A stretch of DNA of 57,263 bases from Candidatus Sericytochromatia bacterium (GTDB lineage: Bacteria > Cyanobacteriota > Sericytochromatia > S15B-MN24 > JAQBPE01), in NCBI GenBank assembly GCA_040400605.1, contig JBBAPZ010000012.1:1-57263 (forward strand), written 5' to 3'. Position numbers and translations under genes: made by a program. The notes under the pieces were generated by a model. That model was not told where the DNA came from. It did no database searches and worked only from the letters and a program-made list of their open reading frames with translations. Shown here in pieces: positions 27,576 to 37,728 of the stretch (the stretch's first letter is position 1; the number at the start of each line of letters is the position of its first letter).

Positions 27576-28526
27576 TCAGGCGCCGCGAGCGAGGTTGACG
27601 TTTCGTTCCTGAAGGGCCAAATTGACCGCTTTGTGAGCGTTGATGCGACCATAGCCGTAATCCGGGTGGTAGGTGCCGCCAGCAAGTTGATCCGCCGCAC
27701 GCTGCAAGATATTCTTCACTTCGTGAGGGCGCAAATGCGGACAAATCGACCGGACCAGCGCCGCGAGTCCGGTCACGTGGGGCGCTGCCGCGCTGGTGCC
27801 GCCGAAAGTGCCGTACAGGCGACCCTGATGGCGCGGAAACGTTGTCAAGACACCGTCACTGGGCGCTGTCACCGAGATGAAGTTGCCCCTTGGCGAGCAT
27901 GCCGCACGGCGATCGTGGCGATCCGTGCCCCCTGCCGCAATCAAACCCCGAAAATCCCACAAGACTGACCAGGTCCCCGGAAACGGTGGGGCACTGACGG
28001 CTGGACCCGCTGCGCAAACCACTACCACGTTGTGCGCCAGCGCGTAGCGGATGGCATCCGCCAACTCCTCCAGACTCGCATCAGTGAGACCGGCCTCCCA
28101 TTGCACCACCCCCACGGATGCGTTGATCAGACTGGCGCCTTCGCGGACGGCCCAGCGTATCCCTTGCGCGATATGTTCCGCGTTCACCGCACCGGTTTGG
28201 GGCTGATTCACCTTGACCGGCAAAATTTTGCACTCCGGTATGACACCTGCAAAGCCTCGGTTATTGTTACCTCTGGCGGCAATCAACCCCGCCACGGCAG
28301 TACCGTGCCCATTGTCGTCCGCAGCCGAGCGTCGCGGGGCCACCACGTTGTACCCTTTCAGGACACGGCCTGCCAGTTCGGGATGTTCGGCATCGACGCC
28401 TGTATCAACGACTGCAATCACCAGGTCGCGATCGCCTCGGGTCACATTCCAAGCCTGAGGTGCCTCAATCCGCCGCAAAGACCACTGCCAACGCTGCTGT
28501 GTCAACTCATCCATCCCCAAACCCAT
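27576..28526 (-). CDS. Subtilisin-family (S8) serine protease, no signal peptide or propeptide
   Basis: Triad motifs VVDTGVD, NGHGTAVAG, GTSAAAPHV, plus YGYGRINA. Confidence 0.9.
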   Translation of the reverse strand: MGLGMDELTQQRWQWSLRRIEAPQAWNVTRGDRDLVIAVVDTGVDAEHPELAGRVLKGYNVVAPRRSAADDNGHGTAVAGLIAARGNNNRGFAGVIPECKILPVKVNQPQTGAVNAEHIAQGIRWAVREGASLINASVGVVQWEAGLTDASLEELADAIRYALAHNVVVVCAAGPAVSAPPFPGTWSVLWDFRGLIAAGGTDRHDRRAACSPRGNFISVTAPSDGVLTTFPRHQGRLYGTFGGTSAAAPHVTGLAALVRSICPHLRPHEVKNILQRAADQLAGGTYHPDYGYGRINAHKAVNLALQERNVNLARGA

Positions 28527-28590
28527 CCCAATCTTGCTCGCTTGACATATACCCTATATCCGTCAAACCTTAAACCCCTTCAAAGCAGGC

Positions 28591-28723
28591 GCAACCATCA
28601 ATTTCACCAATCGGACGCTAACCATCAGAACAATACGCAAGGCGAAGCAGACCGATGTCGGGTGTTAGGTGCGGCATGGTTACAACGAATATTCAAGGAA
28701 CAATCAGTCAATCTGATGGTTGG
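28591..28723. mobile_element. MITE family B, copy 1 (133 bp)
   Basis: Ends GCAACCATCA...TGATGGTTGG; flanks AAAGCAGGC / GAAGCAGGC (9-bp duplication, 8/9 identical); homologous to 51942-52075. Confidence 0.8.
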
Positions 28724-28770
28724 GAAGCAGGCGGCGGTTGTCAGAATCCCGAAGTCAGGATGGCCAAGCA

Positions 28771-29466
28771 TCACGCCAGTATTGCCTCATGCACGCGGTC
28801 GACGTGAGACAAATCATCAAAAAGGTAATCCGGTTCATGTTGTTGCAGAAACGCCCGGTCATAAATACCGGTCGCCACGGCGATCGCCTTGACCCCAAGG
28901 TCGCGTCCACACAGAATGTCGTGGTGCGTGTCACCAACGATCACCACCTCTTTGCCTGTCCACGAATGGGTCATCAAGCGTGTTGCACGTTCCACGGCGA
29001 CAGGGGGCAGGGCATAGCGGCTTTTTGCATCGCTGCCAAAAGCCCCAACCTGAAAAAAATGATCCAGCGCGAAATGACGCAGCTTGATCCACGCCGTCGC
29101 CTCGATGTTACCGGTCAACAGGCCCACACAAACTTCAGGGTTTCCGGCCAAGCGTTCGAGCAGCGATCGCACGCCAGGAAACATCCGCGCCGTCGGCGAC
29201 TGCGGCAAGGCCTCGGCCAAATAGCGCACGTATCGCTCAAAAACCACATCGAAATGACGCTCTATTTCAGCCACATGCCAACCGTTGCTCGTCATGACCT
29301 CGGTGCAGATTTGCGGATCGGTTTTACCGGCATACTCGAAATTGGACGGATGCGCAAAGTCACCATAAACTTCGTGCATCGCACGACTGATGGATCTCGC
29401 GCTCGCACCCCCTGCACTCAGCAACGTGCCATCAATATCAAACAGTACCAAACGCTTGCGTGCCAC
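28771..29466 (-). CDS. HAD-superfamily hydrolase/phosphatase
   Basis: Motifs LFDIDGTL, LLTGN, VGDTHHD. Confidence 0.92.
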   Translation of the reverse strand: MARKRLVLFDIDGTLLSAGGASARSISRAMHEVYGDFAHPSNFEYAGKTDPQICTEVMTSNGWHVAEIERHFDVVFERYVRYLAEALPQSPTARMFPGVRSLLERLAGNPEVCVGLLTGNIEATAWIKLRHFALDHFFQVGAFGSDAKSRYALPPVAVERATRLMTHSWTGKEVVIVGDTHHDILCGRDLGVKAIAVATGIYDRAFLQQHEPDYLFDDLSHVDRVHEAILA

Positions 29467-29721
29467 TCAACGCCTCACCTAAGCAAGCCCGCCATTCACG
29501 CGCTCAATCACATTCTACCAAAGCTTGCGACCGTTCACAAATCACACCTGTTTTGGGGCGACCACGACCCTTGCGTGGCACCATCGCACGCAGCGTGCCA
29601 GTGGCCACACTCAAGCCCCCTTCTCGCACGTTAAGCAACCGTTCCGCCACGTTTGCCACACCCGGTGGTATCATGCTGAGGCGCAGCATCATGTTGACGA
29701 AATCAGAGAGGTGAACAAACC

Positions 29722-30813
29722 GTGACGGTGCAGATGCAAACGGTGCACAATTTTTACGCGGGACCGGCCACCTTGCCCAAACCGGCCTTGGAACGTGCGC
29801 AGCAAGAACTCTTGAATTTTGCGGGCACGGGGATGTCAGTGATGGAACTGTCCCATCGCTCCAAACCCTACATGGCGCTGCAAGCCGAAGCGGAAACGCT
29901 GGTTCGTGACTTATTGGGCGTGCCATCCGATTATCACGTGCTCTTCTTGCAAGGGGGCGCCAGCCTGCAATTTGGCATGATCCCCTTGAACCTGCTGAGT
30001 CACGGGCGACACGCGCACTATGTCCTGACTGGTGAATGGGCAAGCAAAGCCTACAAGGAGGGGTTACTTTTTGGCGATGCCCGGACTCTGGCGAGCAGCG
30101 AGGACACGCAGTTTGACCACATACCGGCCATTCCCCCGGTGGATCCGGCGGCCTGTTATGTCCACATCACCAGCAACAACACCATCTTTGGTACCCAGTA
30201 TGCAGCGTTTCCGGACACCAACGACGTGCCGCTCATCGCCGACATGTCAAGCGACATCATGGGGCGCCCCATTGATGTCTCACGCTTTGGCTTAATCTAC
30301 GCGGGCGCCCAAAAAAATCTGGGGCCTTCGGGCGTCACGCTTGTGATTGTCCGTGACGACCTCGTCCAGCGAGGAGCATCAGGACTTTCGACCATGCTGA
30401 GTTATCGCACGCACGTCAAAGCGGAATCCATGTTCAACACGCCGCCTTGCTTTGCCATTTATATGCTACGCAACGTCTTGGACTGGCTCAAATCGCTTGG
30501 CGGGCTGGAAGCCGTTGAAACCCTCAACCACCGCAAGAGCGCACGCCTGTACGGCGTCATTGACGCACTGCCTCACGTGTACCGCGGACATGCCCGCAAG
30601 GACAGCCGTTCACATATGAACGTGACCTTCCGATTAATTAATGAGGCACTGGAAGCGCGCTTCATCAAGGAAGCCGAGGCCGCAGGCCTCATCGGCCTTG
30701 CAGGCCATCGCTCGGTTGGCGGATGCCGCGCCTCGCTCTACAATGCTTTGCCCTACGACAGCGTCGAAGCCTTATGCCGTTTCATGGAACGCTTTGCCGA
30801 GCGCAACGGCTAA
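29722..30813 (+). CDS. serC: Phosphoserine aminotransferase
   Basis: Motifs NFYAGPA, SVMELSHRS, YAGAQKNLGPSG, GHRSVGG.RASLYNA. Confidence 0.97.
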   Translation: MTVQMQTVHNFYAGPATLPKPALERAQQELLNFAGTGMSVMELSHRSKPYMALQAEAETLVRDLLGVPSDYHVLFLQGGASLQFGMIPLNLLSHGRHAHYVLTGEWASKAYKEGLLFGDARTLASSEDTQFDHIPAIPPVDPAACYVHITSNNTIFGTQYAAFPDTNDVPLIADMSSDIMGRPIDVSRFGLIYAGAQKNLGPSGVTLVIVRDDLVQRGASGLSTMLSYRTHVKAESMFNTPPCFAIYMLRNVLDWLKSLGGLEAVETLNHRKSARLYGVIDALPHVYRGHARKDSRSHMNVTFRLINEALEARFIKEAEAAGLIGLAGHRSVGGCRASLYNALPYDSVEALCRFMERFAERNG

Positions 30814-30845
30814 CCGTCAAACGATCAGGCGAGCGTCAATTGAAC

Positions 30846-30875
30846 TTGACAAGGGAGGCTGGCGCTCAGTAGGAT
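30846..30875 (+). promoter_or_regulatory. Sigma70-type promoter for the tRNA pair
   Basis: TTGACA-N18-TAGGAT about 35 nt upstream of tRNA-Trp. Confidence 0.6.
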
Positions 30876-30908
30876 AGAGGGCATCGTTGCTTACAAGCGA
30901 CAAATCGT

Positions 30909-30983
30909 GCGCCTATCGTCCAACGGCTAGGACTGCGGTCTCCAAAACCGCCAATCTGGGTTCGAATCCTAGTGGGCGCGCCA
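30909..30983 (+). tRNA. tRNA-Trp (CCA)
   Basis: Acceptor GCGCCTA/TGGGCGC, anticodon arm GCGGT-CTCCAAA-ACCGC, GTTCGAATC T-loop, G73, encoded CCA. Confidence 0.95.
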
Positions 30984-30984
30984 T

Positions 30985-31055
30985 TCCCCCTTCGTCTAAT
31001 GGTAGGACGACAGTTTCTGGTACTGTTTATCGTGGTTCGAATCCATGAGGGGGAG
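30985..31055 (+). tRNA. tRNA-Gln (CTG)
   Basis: Acceptor TCCCCCT/AGGGGGA, anticodon arm ACAGT-TTCTGGT-ACTGT, GTTCGAATC T-loop, G73. Followed by CTA rather than CCA. Confidence 0.93.
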
Positions 31056-31060
31056 CTAGC

Positions 31061-31092
31061 AAGGTTGCCACGGTCAGTTGGCAGCCTTTTTT
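31061..31092 (+). terminator. Intrinsic terminator after tRNAs
   Basis: AAGGTTGCCA...TGGCAGCCTT followed by a T run. Confidence 0.75.
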
Positions 31093-31410
31093 ATTGTGTG
31101 ATGGGTCCGTGGCAACGGAATGTCTTATCGCACGATTGACGCCTGATGAGGGTATCCAGTCGATCACATACCATCCGACAGGTTACCTGACGTGGCATCC
31201 CGAGCCTGGATAAAGCGTGGCAGGGGGTGCGACTTGCCATCGCCTCACCAGACTGACCCCGCACAAGCATCGCGACCACCCCAGGCCGCCATTCGATAGC
31301 TTTCAACCTGGTTAAAAAGTGACACCAACCGATCGCCCCTTCAAAACCAGCCCAACGCCTTGCTGACGTGACCAGCATCAAGTCAGCCTTGGCAACGACA
31401 CATCGACTAT

Positions 31411-31512
31411 TGCTCAAAACTTGTGTAGCAACTGCTAAAACATCACACATTCACGTGCCGTTATACAACAACCTCAATACTGAATCACCAATCAACGCCT
31501 TTCCGTGCAACG
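31411..31512 (+). repeat. Repeat family A, copy 2
   Basis: TGCTCAAAACTTGTGTAGCAACTGCTAAAACATCACACATTCACGTGCCGTTATACAACAAC...TCACCAATCAACGC. Confidence 0.8.
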
Positions 31513-31685
31513 CGACACCAAGAGCAGTTATTCGTCGGACACTCCTGGTCGATTCAAACTCGGTGACGTTGAATAGAGAGCTCAGCGTTGAAACTAATGC
31601 GAAAAAACTAATTTAACTTGACAAGACAAGACTAAATTAAGATGATGAGCAAAAGTTTGCCTGGATCAGGATGGTGGAGGTTGGC

Positions 31686-34298
31686 GTGCGTTTTGAACAG
31701 TTGACCATGAAGGCTCAAGAGGCGATGGGGCGGGCGCAGGCCCGGGCGAGTGAGCAAACGCATCCGCAATTGGAAGTGGAGCACTTGGTGGCGGCGTTGT
31801 TGGACGCGGAGGGGGTTGTTGGCTCGGTATTGAAGCAGGCCGAGGTGGATGTTGGCCGTGTCCGTGCAGAGCTTGATCGTCTGATGGGTGGCTTTGCGCG
31901 GGTGACGGGCGCAGCGGTATCGTTGAGGCCGTCGAGTGCGTTTCAGCGATTGTTGGATGTGGCGTTTAAGGAAGCGGAGCGCTTGAGGGATGAGTATGTG
32001 TCGAGCGAGCACTTGTTGCTGGCTGCGATTGATGAAGCCGTGCGATCGCCCATCGGGGAGTTTTTGCGGCAACAGGGCTTGAGCAAGGAGCGGGTGTATC
32101 AAAGTTTACGGGTGGTGCGCGGGGCACAGCGGGTGGTGGATCAGCACCCGGAGGACAAATATCAGGCCCTTGCGAGGTATACGCAGGATTTGACCGTGCA
32201 GGCCCGGCTTGGGCGCCTGGATCCGGTGATTGGGCGTGATCAGGAAATCCGGCGGGTAATACAGGTGTTATCCAGGCGGACCAAAAACAATCCGGTGCTG
32301 ATCGGAGAGCCCGGAGTAGGCAAAACCGCCATCGTGGAGGGGTTGGCGCAACGCATCGTGTCAGGGGATATCCCGGACGGTCTCAAGGATAAACGCGTCG
32401 TGGCGCTGGATATGGGCGCGCTGATTGCTGGCGCCAAGTATCGGGGCGAATTTGAAGACCGTCTGAAGGCGTTGCTGAAGGAAGTGCACGACGCAGAAGG
32501 TTCGGTCATTTTGTTTATTGATGAATTGCACACCCTGGTCGGTGCCGGTAAGTCGGATGGTGCGATGGATGCCGCCAATTTGCTGAAACCGGCGCTGGCG
32601 AGGGGCGAATTGAAGGCAGTAGGGGCAACCACGCTTGACGAATATCGTTTGTACATCGAAAAGGATCCGGCGTTGGAAAGACGTTTTGCCCCGATATTTG
32701 TCGATGAACCGGGGCTTGACGAGTCTATTTCGATTCTTCGCGGGCTCAAGGAGCGCTATGAAGTCCATCACGGCATCAAAATTCTGGATGCGGCCTTGGT
32801 GGCTGCCTGTCAGTTATCGCACCGCTACATTGCGGATCGCCAACTGCCAGACAAGGCCATCGACCTGATTGATGAGGCTGCGAGTCGTCTGCGGATTGAG
32901 ATTGACTCATTGCCCACGGCACTGGATGAACTGGAACGCAAGATTCGGCAGCTTGAAATCGAACGACAAGCGCTTGCACGCGACGACGGAGATACTGGTG
33001 CACACAAGCGTCTGGCGGTCATTACCACGGAATTGACCCGCTGGCAGCAGGAACGCGATGTCCTTAAAGCGCGCTGGGACAATGAAAAAGCATTAGTCAT
33101 GGAACTCGCCGATACCAAGGCCCGCATTGAGCAGGTGAAGCATCAGGCGATGCAAGCAGAACGGGACAACAACTGGGCCTTGGCAGCCGAATTGCGCTAT
33201 GGTCAGTTAACTGAGCTGAACCGGGCGCTTGAAACCAAGGGCGTGGCGTTGGGTGAACTTCAAAAGCAAGGCAGTTTGCTGAAGCAGGCCGTGGATGAAG
33301 AGGACATTGCACAAGTGGTTTCAGCGTGGACCGGCGTACCGGTACAGAAAATGCTGGAAGCGGATGTCACGAAGTTGCTTGAAATTGAACAACGGTTGCA
33401 AAGTCGCGTCGTGGGACAACAATTGGCCATCCAGGCGGTGGCGAATGCCGTGCGACGGGCGCGAACCGGTCTGCAGGATCCGGCGCGGCCGATCGGCAGC
33501 TTTATTTTTTCAGGGCCGACCGGGGTTGGTAAAACCGAACTGGCGCGCTCATTGGCCCATTTTCTGTTTGATGACGACCAGGCCATGGTCCGCCTCGATA
33601 TGAGCGAGTTTATGGAAAAACACCAAGTCTCACGTCTGGTCGGTGCTCCCCCCGGTTACGTCGGCTACGAAGAAGGCGGGCAACTGACCGAGGCCGTTCG
33701 GCGACGTCCGTACTGTGTGTTGTTACTGGATGAGATCGAAAAAGCCCACCCGGACGTGTTTCATATCCTCCTGCAAGTGCTGGATGAGGGCCGCCTGACG
33801 GACAGCCAAGGGCGTACGGTGGACTTTCGGCAAACCGTCATCATCATGACCAGTAATTTGGGACACACCAACACCATCGCGACAGCCAACGAATCCGACG
33901 GCCACAGCCTGGGAGACAGCGACGGTTTGACACAGCAACTGAAACATTTCTTCCGCCCAGAGTTCTTGAACCGTGTGGACGAGATCATCCCGTTCTCCGC
34001 ATTGACGCTAACTGAAATACAGCAAATCGTGGACATCCAGCTGCAGCAGCTCCAACGCAGGCTCGCCACCCGCAACATCACCATCGACCTCACCGTCGGT
34101 GCGCGCGAATGGCTGGCACGTGCGGGCTTTGACGCCACCTATGGCGCCCGACCGCTCAAGCGTGCCATCCAGACACACATTGAAAACCCGCTGGCACTCG
34201 AACTCCTGCACGGGCGCGTCAGCAACAATCAGCGCGTCACAGTTGACTACCACGGCGACCGCCTTCAATGCGTGCCCCACCAACGGCAAACCGTCTGA
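31686..34298 (+). CDS. clpB: ATP-dependent disaggregase ClpB
   Basis: Clp N domain, NBD1 GEPGVGKT, middle coiled coil, NBD2 [18 protein letters not shown] 31686 with GGAGG RBS. Confidence 0.97.
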   Translation: MRFEQLTMKAQEAMGRAQARASEQTHPQLEVEHLVAALLDAEGVVGSVLKQAEVDVGRVRAELDRLMGGFARVTGAAVSLRPSSAFQRLLDVAFKEAERLRDEYVSSEHLLLAAIDEAVRSPIGEFLRQQGLSKERVYQSLRVVRGAQRVVDQHPEDKYQALARYTQDLTVQARLGRLDPVIGRDQEIRRVIQVLSRRTKNNPVLIGEPGVGKTAIVEGLAQRIVSGDIPDGLKDKRVVALDMGALIAGAKYRGEFEDRLKALLKEVHDAEGSVILFIDELHTLVGAGKSDGAMDAANLLKPALARGELKAVGATTLDEYRLYIEKDPALERRFAPIFVDEPGLDESISILRGLKERYEVHHGIKILDAALVAACQLSHRYIADRQLPDKAIDLIDEAASRLRIEIDSLPTALDELERKIRQLEIERQALARDDGDTGAHKRLAVITTELTRWQQERDVLKARWDNEKALVMELADTKARIEQVKHQAMQAERDNNWALAAELRYGQLTELNRALETKGVALGELQKQGSLLKQAVDEEDIAQVVSAWTGVPVQKMLEADVTKLLEIEQRLQSRVVGQQLAIQAVANAVRRARTGLQDPARPIGSFIFSGPTGVGKTELARSLAHFLFDDDQAMVRLDMSEFMEKHQVSRLVGAPPGYVGYEEGGQLTEAVRRRPYCVLLLDEIEKAHPDVFHILLQVLDEGRLTDSQGRTVDFRQTVIIMTSNLGHTNTIATANESDGHSLGDSDGLTQQLKHFFRPEFLNRVDEIIPFSALTLTEIQQIVDIQLQQLQRRLATRNITIDLTVGAREWLARAGFDATYGARPLKRAIQTHIENPLALELLHGRVSNNQRVTVDYHGDRLQCVPHQRQTV

Positions 34299-34572
34299 AA
34301 CAGCCCAACACCTTGTCACCCATCCCGATGCGGCGCGAAGCTCGCCCGCGCGCTTTGCGCCCCACCCCATCAACGGGCTTGACGCCGTGGCGCAAGCCGC
34401 CCCTTGGCCTGCCGCAACGCCGCCAACTGCCGCTGCATCACCCGCAGGGCCGACAACCGAAAACCAGGAACCGCACACGGTTGAAGCAATGCCTGACGAT
34501 GCAGGCTGACGCCAGCCAACAAGCGCGCACGTACCGTTCGATAATGCTCGTTATGACTCGACTGTAACATCA

Positions 34573-35157
34573 TTAGCCCTCTTTCCAGCCACTCACGGCC
34601 ATCACAGCCGGCAACCCCATCTCATCAGCCAGTCGCCGCCCAACCTCCAGCAATTCCTGCTGGTAACGCAAGGCCCGCCGCTTGCCGAGCCCCGGCACCA
34701 GCAACAATTCTTCCAGGGTCACGGGGCGGATTTTGGCCAAAGCATTCACCGTGTTGTTCGGAAAAACCCGATACGGCGGCGTGCGGCGGCGGCGCGCGAT
34801 ATCTTGACGCCAACGGTAATACGCCCGATAGGCACGGGTAGGAGCCAATTGCGTGACCGAACCATCACCCAATCCAAGCAACGCCTGCTCACCAGCCGTA
34901 CTCACATGCAACGCCGGGTAAAAACCGGACTGGCGAAACAGATAACCATCCTCCACCATCCGTGCAATCGCCTTCGCGATATCCATGGCCTGCACCCCAC
35001 TCAATGCACCGTGAAAACGACTGCTCAACAAGTGTTTTTCCGCCATGCGGCCTATCACCTCACCGCGCAACATATACTCAAGCAACACCGGTGACATCAA
35101 ACCGGGATGCTCCTGCACACTCGCCAACACCGTGCGCTCAATCCCCGTTAACGACAT
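34573..35157 (-). CDS. Stand-alone RQC-like winged helix + HRDC domain protein
   Basis: N-half resembles RecQ RQC (LRG..FHGAL..GYL..YPALHVS..G). C-half is HRDC (WRQDIARRRRTPPYRVFPN..LAKIRP.TLEELLLVPGLGKRR..RY). GAGGAG RBS. Confidence 0.78.
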   Translation of the reverse strand: MSLTGIERTVLASVQEHPGLMSPVLLEYMLRGEVIGRMAEKHLLSSRFHGALSGVQAMDIAKAIARMVEDGYLFRQSGFYPALHVSTAGEQALLGLGDGSVTQLAPTRAYRAYYRWRQDIARRRRTPPYRVFPNNTVNALAKIRPVTLEELLLVPGLGKRRALRYQQELLEVGRRLADEMGLPAVMAVSGWKEG

Positions 35158-35754
35158 ACTCAATCTCCTCTGCAACATTCCGGACACAAACTGTTTATAG
35201 ATAAAATAAATAACTAACTTGCTAAAATATCTATATTTTTTAAAATCACTGAGCTATCAAGGAACGGCAACCTTGAAAACCATCGCGTGACGGCGACGGG
35301 GACAGGCTTTGATTGACGCCCCAATTCGGACGGTATTGAATGTCAGCAGGCGTCATCCTCGTGATTCCAGGTTTACGCTCCCGGATCTGGAGGGCCGAAC
35401 TGGCGGGGCTGTTGCCAGACCAACGGCTGTATCGCGTTGTCGGCGATAGACATGACTACCGAGGATCCGTGAGCGATTCTTGAACAGACCTTCTCGGCTT
35501 GGTCAGATACCGTGTTTTTGAAGACGCCACTCGGTAAGTGAATCGAACCACGCGCCAGGGACCATATCCCCAGAACAAACGGTACAAAAATGATGGCGTG
35601 GCTTAGCCTTCACCACGCTCGATGAGCTTGATGATTGACGCTTACACCACTTAAATAAAATAAATTTTCCTGGTTATAAACCTTTTTTTAAACAAGATCA
35701 CCACTGCTGCGGCCGATAAGCGTTCATGTCATCATGGTGTTGTGGTGACGCTGG

Positions 35755-36339
35755 TTGCGGGAGAGTATTGTGTTGGCAGCCTGGAAAAAATGGGGGGCGA
35801 TCGCACTCGTGGGCGCAGCGCTGAGCGCTTGCGGGTACAACACGTTGCCCATTGCACCGTATACTGACCCATTGGCGGGTGACTACGGACCTGGTTTGGG
35901 CTATGGTGGTGGTGGTTTCTTCAATTCGCCCACTGGTGCGGTGGGGGGCTATATGCCATCAACGCCGGCCAATGCGCCTGCGATGGTGAATCCGACGCCG
36001 CCTGAACTAACGTTGAGGCAGGTACGCAAGCAAGTGACAGGCGCGCTTTTGTGGAAGCGTCTCAAGGTCAGCGGCCAGGTCATCAACAATCAAAACGTGG
36101 CATTAAAAGGGGAGTTACGCGTCAGTTTCACGCGACGGGGCAAAGTGGTTGAGACGCAAACCGTGCTGATCCCTGATCTCGTGGATGGACAAGCCAAAAG
36201 CTTTTCACTGACCTCCAAACGCGCGTGTGATGATGTCGAGTTGAATCTGCTGTCAGAAGTGACCATGACGCCGGTGCAATCCGGCGTACCCAATGTCAGC
36301 TTCGGTCAGTCCGGCGGCATGGGTGGTTTTTACGAGTAG
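35755..36339 (+). CDS. Hypothetical lipoprotein, C-terminal beta-sandwich (FxLYD-like)
   Basis: LSAC lipobox, Pro/Gly-rich linker, VSGQVINNQ...VSF...GKVVET pattern. Start may be 35770. Confidence 0.65.
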   Translation: MRESIVLAAWKKWGAIALVGAALSACGYNTLPIAPYTDPLAGDYGPGLGYGGGGFFNSPTGAVGGYMPSTPANAPAMVNPTPPELTLRQVRKQVTGALLWKRLKVSGQVINNQNVALKGELRVSFTRRGKVVETQTVLIPDLVDGQAKSFSLTSKRACDDVELNLLSEVTMTPVQSGVPNVSFGQSGGMGGFYE

Positions 36340-36398
36340 CGGGCATCTGGCACGGTTGTGATGAACCCCAACAAGCCGCACTCGTCACCGGAAACCCA

Positions 36399-36510
36399 GC
36401 GATACGGTGGCGCAAAGTTTTCTGTTCAAAACGTGTGTGGCAAATTCAAAAACGTCAGGCACTCAGGGCTGAAACTGAACGGCAGCCAAGATTTTTTCAT
36501 CAATCAACGT
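36399..36510 (+). repeat. Repeat family A, copy 3
   Basis: GCGATAC...TGTTCAAAACGTGTGTGGCAAATTCAAAAACGTCAGGCACTCA...CAGCCAAGATT...TCATCAATCAACG. Confidence 0.8.
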
Positions 36511-36815
36511 GAGTGTTTATGTTCCTGTGTGCGCAGCCGGTGCCATCCAGCAGATTCCCTGATGGTACGTTAACAGGTATCATTGGGATTGGACACTGAT
36601 CACGGCGTGATTCGCACCTTGTACAATACCTGACGCCTGTCATTGCAACGGAAAGACCAGCAAAGCCGTTGATTTCGGTAGAGTGGCGTATCAGCGTCAG
36701 TATGGGCGTGCACTGGCGCTTCAGGGTTCGCTTGCCTCTGTTTGAATCACCGATTGACAGTTGCGGGAACGCCTCCTAGAATTGGGCGTCTTTCAAGTTT
36801 GGAGAAACATCAACC

Positions 36816-37232
36816 ATGCAAACGATTTCATTGCGCAGACAAGTCACGATCGTGGCCATCATTACCGACGAATTCCGCCAGCAAGCGACCAGCGAATTGC
36901 AGGCAGCGCTGAAACAAACGGATGAAGAATCCCAGGCGATGGAGTTTCAGGCAAAACGGGCGTTGGTCGACATGGAAAAACGGGGGGCTCCCGTAGCGGA
37001 CCTGGATATGGTCAAAGCGCAGATTGACGAGCAACGTCAACGTTTACGCTCACAAAAAGGAGAATTGCTGAACAAATTGGAATTGGTTTCCAAAATGCAA
37101 CTGGGCGAAGAGTTCATTCAAGGTCAAGTGGAAAATTTCGTCGATGTGAGCGTGGGTGACAACCTGTACGCCAAACTCTCAAATCCCCAAATCATCGTCA
37201 AAAATGGCTTGGTCCAAGAAATCCGGGGTTAA
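36816..37232 (+). CDS. YlqD-family protein
   Basis: ISLRRQVTIVAIIT, coiled coil, GQVENFVDVSVGDNL, IIVKNGLVQEIR. Confidence 0.85.
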   Translation: MQTISLRRQVTIVAIITDEFRQQATSELQAALKQTDEESQAMEFQAKRALVDMEKRGAPVADLDMVKAQIDEQRQRLRSQKGELLNKLELVSKMQLGEEFIQGQVENFVDVSVGDNLYAKLSNPQIIVKNGLVQEIRG

Positions 37233-37303
37233 ACCCTCACCTGAGCCAGCCTCCTGGTTGTGGTCCGAAGTCGGGCTACGCCCTCCCCGTGAACCAGTTC
37301 ACC

Positions 37304-37337
37304 GCGCGGTACCGTGCTTGAGGTCCGCGCTTTTTTT
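37304..37337 (+). terminator. Intrinsic terminator after the YlqD-family gene
   Basis: GCGCGG(T)ACC...GGTCCGCGC followed by T7. Confidence 0.65.
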
Positions 37338-37728
37338 CGTTGGTGGGCACTGTACGCGAGGGGTTTCACGGTGCTGTGGTCTGCACCGTTCACCGGACGG
37401 TCACCGCCACCTGACGGTCACACAAACGGGTTGTCACACCAACCGTTCCGCAAAAAGCGCTGTCCGGTTGCACTGTGAAAGGGGCAGTCGACAGTTCTCC
37501 GGACGACATCCGTGGGAATCAAGTCGACGCCTTGTTAAGGATAAACATTCAAGCCACTTATCGAGTGGCTTCGGCTTGCGTGCTAAGTTGTGTCAAACGA
37601 TTATCGAAACGGTGTTTAAAGCACGATTCAACTTGATGACAGTCGACAAGACTCGAACGCACCTCAAAGCGTGCGGCGACAAGGTGTTTGCCGGTGTTTT
37701 TGTCAGGTTGGGTGTATCGCAGGCCGCG

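Noticed and set aside
35190..35750. 560-bp divergent intergenic region with AT-rich ends as a riboswitch, ncRNA or origin
   Set aside because: No recognisable aptamer, DnaA-box cluster or convincing long helix; consistent with two promoter regions.
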